Shown in pieces: positions 38,655-50,000 of a DNA stretch of 64,000 nt (its first letter is position 1; every line of letters starts with the position of its first letter). A program made the position numbers and the translations under genes. Source of the DNA: Camelus ferus (taxonomy: Eukaryota). The notes beneath the pieces are model-generated. The model was given only the letters and a program-made list of their open reading frames with translations, had not been told where the DNA came from and searched no databases. The DNA is taken from positions 60,700,001 to 60,764,000 of the forward strand of contig NC_045696.1 in the NCBI RefSeq assembly GCF_009834535.1. The letters run 5' to 3'.

Positions 38655-39438
38655 AAAAATAACAAATGTTGGTGAGGAATGTGGAGAAAAGTGAATATTT
38701 GTGCACTGTTGGTGGAACATAAATTGGTACAGCCAATATGGAAAATAGTATGGAGGTTCCTCAAAAAACTAGGAATAGAACCATATGATCCAGCAATTCC
38801 ACTCCTGAGTATATATCCAAAAAAAATGAAAACACTAATTCAGAAAGATATATCCACCACAATGTTCATAGCAGTATTATTTATAATAGCGAAGATATGG
38901 AAGCAACCCAAGTGTCCACCAACAGATAAATGGAGATATATATATATATATATGACATCTTCTTTATATATATACATATATATATGGAATGGGATATATA
39001 TAAATGGAATACTACTCAGCCACAAAAAAGAATTAAATTCTGCCATTTGCAACAATGTGGATGGACCTAGAGAGTATTATGCTTAGTGAAATAAGTCAGA
39101 CAAAGACAAATACTGTGTGTTATCACTTATACATGGAATCTAAAAAATAAAACAAACTAATGTATATAGTAACACAGGAACAGACTCACAGATATGGAAA
39201 ACAAATTAGTGGTTACCAGTGGGGAGAGAGGAGAGGGGGAGGCAAGATAGGGGTAGAGGATTAAGAGATATAAACTACTATGTATAAAATAGATAAGGAA
39301 CAAGGAAATGTTGTACAGCACAGAAAATTATTTTGTAATAACTTTAATGGAGTATAATCTATAAAATATTGAATCACTATGCTGTATACCTAAAATTAGT
39401 ATAATATTGTAAATCAACTATATTTCAATTTAAAAAAG
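38655..39438 (+). mobile_element. L1 3' end; continuation of the older L1 broken at 36495
   Basis: Starts aaataacaaatgttggtgagg, the expected continuation of ...aaaaagtctacaaata. Confidence 0.85.
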
Positions 39439-41250
39439 AAAAAGGGAAACTATTTGGTGGGTGAACACATTTTCTCTGACCTTGTGTAAGAAAAATATGT
39501 TTAATAACTTTAAATTTTGGTGAACTGTATTTTTGTAAAAAATTAAGACAAAATAGGGGAAGGACTGTAAGCTTTGAGAGGGCAGGAGCTGTGTCTGCTT
39601 CTTTACAGCTGAGTCCCCAAGCCTGGACCATCACTGATGCCCATAAATACAGGAGGGAATGAATGTATCATGTGGCATGCACTGACTAACCAAAACTCAT
39701 AGGGAAAGGAGAGAAAGCTTGCCTTGAGGGGACAGTGTATGAAGAAAGGAAAATTCAGAAGCACTGGACTTTCTGACAAATGCCACTGATTTGGGGGCAG
39801 GAGCACACAGAGATGAGAGAATTGGGCAGCAGTCATGATAGAAAACACGTGGGACAAAGAGGTGAACTTTTGTCTGAGCTTCTCAGTGAGATCAGAGGGA
39901 GAAATTCCAACGAGAAATCAAAAGACTCTTGGTGAAGTGAAAGTGTTCTTGGGCAGCTGGGGTGAAACTTCACACCGCCACGTGGGTGCCTTGCCCCTAT
40001 TCCAAGCCGGTTTATCAAACCTGGAACTGCTATTGCAGACCTCAAAACCCAGCCTCCCATGGCTAACAGAAGATTAAAGAGCTGCTCTAGGGGTTAAGGT
40101 CTTGGGCACCAGACTCAGACACAAACAGAATCCGAGGTTCACAATGGAGTCTTTTCTAGGATGCTCTCACAGACTGGAGGTAGATCATTTCTAGAAGGTA
40201 TTGGCCTTTGAGAACTGGCATCATAAAACATGAGTGTCTTGCTCATTTTTTCAGGCATTCAAGAAATATTTATGGAGCATCTACCACGTGGCAGGAAATG
40301 TTTTCAGCTCTTGGACATGTCAATGAACTAAATAAGCAGAAATCTGTGCCCCAGAGAGCTTACATTCTAATAGGGATGGGTGAATCCCCATGACATTTTT
40401 CACAATGTCTTTGTCTCTGCCTGTCCTTCTGCAGAGGTAGAGTGGGAAAAAACAGATGAGACTTGTCATACATTCATTTTGAGCTACCTTGCAGAGCAGT
40501 CATATGAGGGGGGAAGGGCTACTGTAGGTTTGAAATTATCCACAATTGTCTAGCATCTTTTTTTTTTAATTCCTTGCTGTTCTCACTTGTTTGAATGGCA
40601 GTCTCTCATCAAGACTATGACCCAAGTTTCACTTTGACTGATGAGCTTAGGGTTTGAGGCATAATATGGTCAACCTTTTACAAGCCTATGTGCCAACTAA
40701 TACAAAGCTGAACCAGGAAATCAGCTCTGAATGGGGGCCTTCCTTTCCATACCCGCAAGACTCACCCTTGTCATGTAAACAGTTGCCAGAGTCCACACTG
40801 AGAGTCTGGCTGCTCAGTCCAGAGTGAAGACACAGACCTTAGGGAGTAGTTTGGTTAATTTCTAAACTCTTTCTTGAATAATTATTTATTAAGCACCCAC
40901 TCTGTGCCAAATACTCTCTAGGTTCTAGGGATGTAAGGGTGAATGTAAATGGATAAAGGGTCTGTCCTCAAAGAGCTGATAATGCTATTGAGGGTAGAGA
41001 GAGGGACTGAAAATAAACCATGTTGGTCAATGTCATCTACACATAGGACTTCCCAAATTCTAATGTGCACTTCCTAAAGGGGAGTTCCTCTGCTAATAGG
41101 AATAAAAAGGCATTAACCAATACAAAAGCGAAAAGAACACAAGAACCCTTAATTAAATATGGAGAAATGAGTCTGTTGCTATTTTAAAACCTTGAGGGAA
41201 TTAAATAATGATGAGCAATAATTTTGTGATTGGGTTAAAGGGTATTTTTA

Positions 41251-41397
41251 TTTTCATTTTTAAAGAATCCTGGATTTTATTTTTTTTGAGGTATAGTTGA
41301 TTTGCAATATTGTGTTAATTTCTGGTGTACAGTACAGTGTTAGTCTATTTTTTTATTGAAGTATAGTCAATATATAAAGTTGTGTTAATTTCTGGTG
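41251..41397 (-). mobile_element. Short L1 insertion made of two tandem 3' tails
   Basis: 15-bp TSD TAAAGGGTATTTTTA at 41236-41250 and 41398-41412. Confidence 0.8.
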
Positions 41398-41619
41398 TAA
41401 AGGGTATTTTTAGTAATAAGATTTAATGTTATGGGTAGAGTTCTTATACAATTGGCAGGAGCGTAAATGCTAAGTTTTTTCTGGAGTGTAATATGTATCA
41501 AACAATATGTATCAAATGCTTTAAAATAGGGCTTTTAACTTAGTTATTTCTCATTTAAAATTTATTTTAATAAACTAATTGTGGATGTGCATACTTTTTT
41601 CACTTTTAGAGAAATTAAG

Positions 41620-42585
41620 CCTTTTATTTTGGGATAATTGTAGATTCACACGCAGTTATAAGGAATAATAGAGAAATCCAGTGTACCCTTTACCTGTTTC
41701 CCCCAAAGGTAACATCTTGTAAAACTGCATAGTACAATATCACAGCCAGGACACAGACATCAATACAGTCCACAGCTCTTGTGCAGACACCCCCAGTGTT
41801 ACTTGTACTCATTGGTGTCTGTGTGTGTGTATGTGTGTGTGTGTGTGTATACCTAGTTCTATGCAGTTTTATCACACATGTATGTTTGCATATCCACTAC
41901 CACAGTCAAGAGACAGAACAGTTTCATCACCACAAAAATACATGATTTTGTCCTTTACAACCACACCTAACTCCCAATGTCATAATGATTTAACTATAAT
42001 GATGTTTCTTGCAGTAATCCTTTTAATAGTTAAAAAAATAAAATTACCTCAATACTCTCTAATAGAATATTGATTATATTAGTTAATGTATATCCATAAA
42101 ATAAACTAAATACCATGCAGCCTTTAAATAAGTTGTGCAGAAGATTACCCTTGTACTGGGAAGATGTTTATAATATATTAAGTGGAAATAATCTTTTAAA
42201 TATATTTTTATTTTCTTCTTTTTACTTACTCATATTTTCTGAAAGTCCTATAATCACCAGGTATTACTTAAAATTTTTTTTTAAATTGTGGTGAAATATA
42301 CATAATATAAACTTTACCAGTTTTAAGTGTACAGCTTAGTGGCATTAAGTACATTCACACTGTTGTGCAACCATCACCACCATCCATCTCCACCATCTTC
42401 CCAAACTGAAACTCTGTATCCATCACAAAATAATTCGCCATTCCTCCCTCCCCCTAGACCCTGGTCACCACTGTTTAACTTTCTGTTTCTTCGAATTGGA
42501 CTTCTCTAGGTATTTCATGCAAGTGAAATCATACTATATTGTTCTTTTATGGCTGGCTTAGTTCACTTAGTATAATGTCCTCGTG
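41620..42585 (-). mobile_element. Old L1 3' fragments (L1MC/L1MB-like) with a (TG)n tract at about 41820-41848
   Basis: Typical reversed L1 3' ends at about 41620-41975 and 42275-42585. Confidence 0.7.
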
Positions 42586-42937
42586 GTTAAAGCTGCGATG
42601 TTGGCGCATGTGTGTGATGCTACTTTGATTGGTAATTCACAGGCTATATCTAAGCACAAAGTCACTTATAACAAGCCTCATCTTTATGAGCTGTTTGCAC
42701 ATTTGTAACCATGAATTGCAAAGCCAAAGGTGAGCCTGGAGCATCAACACTGAATCAAGTCTTGGGCTGTTTGGTGGGGGTGACATGGCAGAGGGCAGGT
42801 TAGTTTAGGCTGGGGACATGATATATGTGAGGACAGAAAAGTGGAAACCCACTCAACTCATGTACTGACAAGAAGCCAAATCACCTTGGCTATCCTCAGG
42901 AGTCTGAGCACAGCATTAATGAGGAAAACATAGATGA

Positions 42938-43292
42938 CACTATGATTTGAATGTTCATGTACCCCCAAAATTCATATGTTGACATCCTAAAGCCCAATGT
43001 GATGGTATGAGGAGGTGGGGTCTTTGGGAGGTGCTTAGGTCTTGAGGGTGGAGCCCTCATGAATGGATTAGTGATCTGAAAAGAGAGGCTCCAGAGAGCT
43101 CCCAAGCCCTTTCCACCACATCAGGACACTAGGGAAGACACCAGCCATGAACTAGGAAGAGCATCCTCACCCACCCAAGCTGGCACCCTGATCTCAGACG
43201 TCCAGCTTCAAAACCATGAGAAATAAATTTCTGTTGTTTATAAGCCACCCAGCCTGTGGTATTTTGTTACAGTAGCATGAACCAACTAAGAC
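42938..43292 (+). mobile_element. MaLR solo LTR (MLT1A-like)
   Basis: ctatgatttgaatgtt...aaattcatatgttgac...aaataaatttctgttgtttataagccaccc...ctaagac. Confidence 0.8.
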
Positions 43293-45489
43293 GAGTTAAG
43301 GGCAAAGCCTGAGAGGCAAAAAGTACATATAAATAATTTCAGCAGAAGAGATGCAAATTCAAGCCAGAGGGAATTGAGGCTGAGATGGGACATGTTCATA
43401 CTGATGTTTAGAGAAAGAGGGACTACTAATTTGTGTAGTTTGGATGGCAGGAGTCTGGGATAGGGGACGCACAACCTTTCAGGTTTAGTTCAGATGTGCT
43501 TGAACTTGCCTGTGAGGCTCCTTGAGGCACCTGCCAGTCAGGATTTGCTGTGTAAAGAGTGTGGTTGTTTGAGAGGAGGACACTGAATGCAAAAAAAGGA
43601 AACTGTCCAAAAAAAGGACCCATCAGCAGAGGTTAAGGTGAAGCATGGTTTTGGGGACTGACCTGGATGCAGGGTAGAAAGATCCCTTTCTTAGCATGTT
43701 TGTCTGGAGTTCAGTGGCCCCTGGGTTTCACTCTAGCCTGAACCAAAAGATAAAGCCTGGAGAACTCAGAAGAACCTTGCTTCCTGGTGGCCAGGCTGCT
43801 GGGGGTGAGAGCAAAGGCAAATGCAGAGCAGATGCTACAGCCGCCCCAGCTTACCTGATGAGTCACACTGTGAGCACTGACTTGAGTCACGAGGCTGGGT
43901 GGAACTTACATGCCTCATCTTGTTTTGGTTTCTTGATATTTTTTCTTCATTGTTGTGCAGAAGCACACAGTAAGGAAATTGAAGGAGCTGAAAGAAGACT
44001 GCAAGAGAAATGACTGGTATTTCAGAGACCCATGTGGGGACAATGAGAAGCTGTCCTTTTGTTTCATCCTAAGCACAAAGATAAAATCCTGGATCAGGAG
44101 AACAGCTATGGAAATGGATAGTAAAAGGCATATCCAGGAAGCAAGGTAAAGGGGAAAAATAAATCACAAGATTAACAAAACATTTCAGAGGGTGAAGAAT
44201 TTTGGAATCCACTGAAGGCCAATTTCCCATCTAAAGAAAACGACTGCTAACATTTTTGAGGGCTTTCTTCACACCAGGCTGTCCTAATTGCTTTGAATTT
44301 AAGCCCTTTAATCCCCTCCAGAGTCCCCTGGACATTATGGCCCTGGTTAGAGATGAGGCAGCAGAGGCTAAGCAGCCTGCCTGGTCAGGGAGTGAGTGGT
44401 GGGATCCGGATCAGAACCCAGGCACCTGCTCCGACCCCTGTAGGTCAGCCATCAGTTCTACTTTCTCTTTGGTCTGAGCACATCCAGAGCCCAATAGAGC
44501 CCCTTGGTACTTCTGTTCTCATATTCCACCATTTGTGGACCATAGTGAACATTTTCAGTCTGGAGGATGGAGCAAAATATTTCTTTTCTGTTTCTATGCA
44601 ATCTCCTTTTGGATGGGTAGGCACCTCTTCTTGTCCTCTGTCCTATTTCCACCCTTCTCCCCATGCCCACCCTCAAGAGTCTGCCTGGCATCATCCTACC
44701 ACCACCTTCTGTATTCAGGCCACTGGGGCCTATCTGCCAAGTCCCTTTGCTCTGATCCTCATTCCCCTAAAAGCAGAAGGGTCGTGTAAAAGAAAAGCCT
44801 GTCTTCCTAATATTGACTACCTTGGTCTGAAGGCAGACAAATAAAGACCCAAACAACAGTCTGAAACTGGGGCTCTCCAAGCTGAAAATGAATGCGTTAG
44901 ACATACCAAAGACGTATACTATTTATTATTCAAGGTAATATTATGAGCTGAGATGTCTAGTTGGCTCTGAAGGGGATTATGAACTCTTCTTTGCCATTAG
45001 CAGCCTTTAAGGGTCCATGTCACTGGTGCTGGGTAGCCAGGTTTCAAACAAAATAGGTTGCATATGATTCCAGCGGGTCTAGGGTCATTCAACAGAGGTG
45101 CTGGTGTGCACATATTTGAAACTCAGCAAGCTGTTTCCTTAAGATTCTTACAGCAGAAGGTGAGCATGTCTGTGCTAAAGTCCTCCTCCTCCCCTCAGAC
45201 ATGAGAATGGAAGGAGCAAGCAGACGAGATGGAGACAGAGAAGACGCAAGTCCTCAAAATTTCCTTTTGTTGGCAGAAATCACTTCCTAGGGGTCAGGTC
45301 TGCATTTTGAAGCCCACAGAGAAAGGACTTTTTCTTCCCAATGACAACAACTCTGAGGCTTCTGTTCTAAAGGAGGAAAATCCATATTTCCTTGATATAC
45401 ATATGTTTGTTCATCCTGGTATGCCAGTTTCCAGTCCCCCATCATCCAGATCATTGTTCTGATTTACTCAAGTTTGCCAATATACTTTT

Positions 45490-45700
45490 TTTTACAGTAT
45501 GATTTTTATTGAGGTATAATTGACATATCATATTATATTAGTTTCAGATGACAAGATAATGATTTGATATATGTATATATTGTGAAATGATCACCACAAT
45601 AAGTCTAGTTAACATCTGTCACATTACATTTAGTTATGAAAATATTTTTCTTATGATGAGAATTTTGAAGATCTACTCTCTTGGCAACTTTCAAACGTAG
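45490..45700 (-). mobile_element. 5'-truncated L1 tail
   Basis: 16-bp TSD TTGCCAATATACTTTT at 45474-45489 and 45701-45716. Confidence 0.85.
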
Positions 45701-46644
45701 TTGCCAATATACTTTTCAAAACATGGAGTTGAAATATTTTTTCTCAGGAAAGAGTAGTTATGCTGCACATACAATGTCTGAGCAAGGGAGGAGGAGAGAG
45801 AGATGGAAGTGATTTTAAGGACGTGAGCTCAAGGACCAAAAAGGTGGTATTGAAGATGGCACTGACGCTACTGAAAAACTAGGAATAGTGGTTCAGGTGT
45901 AATATAATTTGGGGTGGGTTATGCTTCCTGGTAGGAAACAGGAAATACAGATCTAGAGGAAGAATAAGAGATAAGGACTGAAGATGTAGTTTAAAGGGTC
46001 TTCAGCCCAGACAGACAGTGGTAGCTAATCCACTAAGGAAGGGAGAAAACGCCCTTTTGGGGAGTGTCTAGGATGAACAGACTGTGCCAGATGTTTTCAT
46101 GGTATTAGTTATCACCTAATCTTTACAGTTTTGTAAGGTAGGAATTGCTGCCCTCATGAGGCAGGTGAGGCTGATAAAGGTTAAATAACTTGCCCAAGGC
46201 CACTCAATTACTAAGTGAAAGGGCTGGGACTCCAACTCAGGTGAGTTCTCAGTGAGAGTGGTGAGACCTCAGGAACTTGTTCTCAAACCATTGGTGTCAA
46301 GGATGAATCACTGAGCACTACTGCAAGAAGGCTTCCCAGATGATCTGTAAACTGAAGGCAGATTTAGTGTTTATGAAATAGCAAAGTCTACAGTTTGTTG
46401 AGAGGTTAGGTGACACAGAGCTTAATGATTAGCAACACAGATTTTAGAGACCTGGCTTCAAATCATAGCTCTGTCCTTGCTTGTTGTATGTTCATGGGAA
46501 ATCGTCTCCACTCTTAGTTTCTTCATCTATGAAATGGTATTAGTAATATCAGTTTTTTTAGCATTGTTACAAGTATTAAATGAGATTATGTTTGGAACAG
46601 ATGTGTTCATATAACCATGTAAATAAAATATATATAAACAGGAT

Positions 46645-46955
46645 TTATAGTGGAATCTAAAAAAATTTTTTTAAATGAATATAACATAACAGAAGCAGAC
46701 TCACAGATGTAGACAATGAACTATGGTCACCATTGGGGAGAAGGATAGTGGGAAGGGCAAGCTAGGGGTAGGAGAGATTAAGAGGTACAAATTATTAGGT
46801 ATAGCATAAACAAGATACAAGGATGTATTGTACTATGCAGAGAATATAGCCAATATTTTAGAATAACTTTAAATGGAATATAACCTATAAAAATATTGAA
46901 TCACTATGTTGTACATCTGAAACTAATATTGTATCAACTATATTTTAATTAAAAG
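46645..46955 (+). mobile_element. L1 3' tail inserted in a MIR
   Basis: gtggaatctaaaaa...gaatcactatgttgtacatctgaaactaat; MIR sequence on both sides. Confidence 0.75.
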
Positions 46956-47044
46956 AGTTTATATGAGAAGTGCTTAAGTAGTAAGCACTCAACAAAAAGT
47001 AGCTATTTCTTTGCCTTTTATACTTTATTATATGTCCTTTCTTG

Positions 47045-50000
47045 ATTTTTTAAAAATTTATTTTTTACTGAGGTAACACTGGTATATAACATTATGTATG
47101 TTTCATGTATATAATAACATTACATTTCTACTTTTGTATACACTACAGTGTGCTCACCACCAAAAATTTAGTTTCCATCTGTCACCATGCAGTTGATTCC
47201 CTTTGTCCATTTCATACTTGCCCCCAACCCCCACCATCTATTCCCCTCTGGCAGCCACTACCCTGTTCTCTACCTACATGTTTGTTTTTGCTTGGTTTAT
47301 TTATTTTGATTTTTTGTTTGTTTGTATGTTTTTTACATTCCACATATGAGTGAAATCATATATTTGTCTTCAACATTTCACTTAGCATAATGCCCTCAAC
47401 ATCTATCCATGTTGCTGCAAATGGCAAAATTTCATCTTTTTATGGCTGGGTAATATTCCATTACCCGTCCCCCCCGAAATACGTCACATCTTTATCCATT
47501 CATCTGTTGATGGGCACTTAGGTTGTTTCCAATCTTGGCTATTATAAATAATGCTGTAATGAACAATAGGGTGTATATATCTTTTCAAATTAGTGTTTTC
47601 ATATTTTTTAAATACCCAGAAGTGTGATAGCTGGATCATATGGTAGTTCTGTTCTTAATATTTTGATAAGCTTAGTACTGTTTTTCATAGTGGCTGTGCC
47701 AATTTACATTCCAACAGTGCATGAGAGACATCCTCACCAACATTTGTTATTTGTGCTCTTTTTGATGATAGCCATTCTGACAGGTGTGAGGTAATATCTT
47801 ATTCTGGTTTTGATTTGCTCTTCCCTAATAATTAGTGATGTTAAACATCTTTTCATGTGCCTGTTGGCCATTTGTATGTCTTCTTTGGAAAAATGACTAT
47901 TCAGCTCCTCTGCCCATTTTTTAATCGGATTGTTTATTATTGTTGAGTTGTATGAGGTTTTTTTTAATATATTTTGGATATTAAACTCTTATTAGATATA
48001 TAATTTGCAAATATCATCTTTCATTCAGTAGGCAGTCGTCTTGCTTTGCTGATGGTTTTCTTTGCTGTGCAGGAGTTTTTAGTTTGATGTTGTTCCATTT
48101 GCTTATTTTTGCTTTTGTTTTCCTTGCCTGAGGAGACATATCTAGAAAGATATTGCTAAGACTGATGTCAAAGAGCCTATTGTCTATGTTTTATTCTAGG
48201 AGTTTAATGGCTTCAGGTTTTACAATTTAGGCCTTTAAACCACTTTGAGTGGATTTTTGTATGAGATAGTGATCTAGTTTCATTTTTTTTGCATGTGACT
48301 ATTCAGTGTTCTCAACACCATATACTGAAGAGACTATCCTTTCTCCATTGTATGTTCTTTGCTCCTTTGTTGTAAATTAATTGTCCATATGTGTGTGGGT
48401 TTATTTCTGCACTCTCAGATCTGTTCCATTCATCTATGTATCTGTTCTTCTGCCAGTATCATGCTGCTTTGATTACTGTATCTTTGTAATATTTGAAATC
48501 AGGGATTACAAGTATCTCCAGCTTGCTTCTTCTTCTTTTTTTAACCTCAGGATTTCTTTGGCTATTTGATTTCTTTTTTGGTTCCATATAGATAGTTATC
48601 ATTTTTTGCTCTATTTCTGTGATAAATGTCCTTGGGATTTTGATAGGGATTTCATTAAATCTGTAGATTGCTTTAAGTAATATGGACATTTTAACAGTGT
48701 TAATTCTTCCAGTCCACGAGCACGAAATATCTTTCCACTTATTTGTGTCTTCTTCAATTTCTGTTAAGAATATCTTACAGTTTTCAGTGTATAAGTCTTT
48801 TGTCTCCTTGGTTAAATTTACTCCTACATATTTTAGCAACTTGGATGGACCTAGAGATTATTATATTGAGTGAGGTAAGTCAGACAAAGACAAATATCAT
48901 ATGATATCACTTATATGTGCAATCTAAAAAAAAGATACAAATTCTATTTACAAGCCAAAAACAGACTCACAGACATGGAAAACAAAATATAGTTATCAAA
49001 GGGGAAAGGGCAAGGAGGGATGAATTAGAGGCTGGGGATTAACAGACACATATTACTATACATAAAATAGATAAACAACAAGGACCTACTGCATGGCACA
49101 GGGAACTACATTTAATTTCTTGTAATAACATATAATGGAAAAGAATCTGAAAAGAAAAAAATATGTATGTATGTATATTTATAGCTGAATCACTTTGCTG
49201 TATACCTGAAACTAACTTTGTAAATCAACTACACTTCAAGAAAATTTTTAAAATTTTATTTATTTATTTATTTATTTAGTGGGGGGATTAGGTTTATTTA
49301 TTTATTTATATTTTGAGGAGGTACTGGGGATAGAACCCAGGACCTTGTGCCTGCTAAGCATGTGCTCTAGCACTCGCACTATACCCTACCACCCTAAAAA
49401 TTTTTTTTTAAAGAAAAAAATTATTCCCAGATATTTTATTCTTTCTGTTGAAATTGCAAGTGTACAATATACTTTTGCCTTTTTGTTTTTGGTAGAAGAG
49501 CTCCTTTCAACAATTCTTACAAGGTAGGCCTAGTGCTGATTAACTCCCTCAGCTTTTATTTGTCTGAGGGTCTTTGATTCTCCTTCATATCTGAATCATA
49601 ACTTTTCTGGGTAGAGTATTCTTGGCTGACAGTTTTTACCTTTCAGTATTTTAAAAATGCCATTGCCCTCCCTCCTGGCCTACAGAGTTTCTGCTGAGAA
49701 ATCTGCTGATAGTCTAATTGGGGGTAGGGGGCTTTTTCGTAGGTTACCATCCTTTTTCCCCTGGCTTTAAAATCATCACTGACTTTTGACAGTTTTAATA
49801 TGTGTCTTTGAGAAGGTCTTTTGCTTTGAGGTGTTCTTTTAGCTTCCTGGACATGTATCCAGTTCCTTCCACAGGATTGGGAGGTTCTCAGCCTTTATTT
49901 CTTTAAATACACTTTCTGCTCCTTCTTCCTTGCTTCTCCTTCAGGGATACCTATTACCCGAATGTTGTCCTTCCTAAAGGAGTCAGATAGCTCTCACAGA

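Larger units (their letters stand above)
15723..45460 (-). pseudogene. Putative large multi-exon unitary pseudogene of unknown product between LMLN and OSBPL11
   Basis: About 30-40 exon-like segments on one strand, located in the gaps between repeats, with polypyrimidine-AG acceptors, GT donors, mostly phase-compatible joins and low stop density. See the exon entries. Confidence 0.75.
39723..45460 (-). pseudogene. Upstream candidate exons (39723-39785, 39849-40062, ~40587-40685, ~40766-40837, ~44462-44559, ~44707-44827, 44907-45169, ~45290-45458)
   Basis: For example HGRLGFEVCNSSSRFDKPAW...KFTSLSH (one stop in 71) and NNDLDDGDWKLAYQDEQTYVYQGNMDFPPLEQKPQ (open). Donors G|GTGAGT (~40765) and TG|GTATGT (44906). 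The phase chain is incomplete. Confidence 0.45.

Noticed and set aside
15723..45460. Argument that all stops derive from CGA/CAA/CAG by C-to-T
   Set aside because: True of any stop codon, so not used as evidence.
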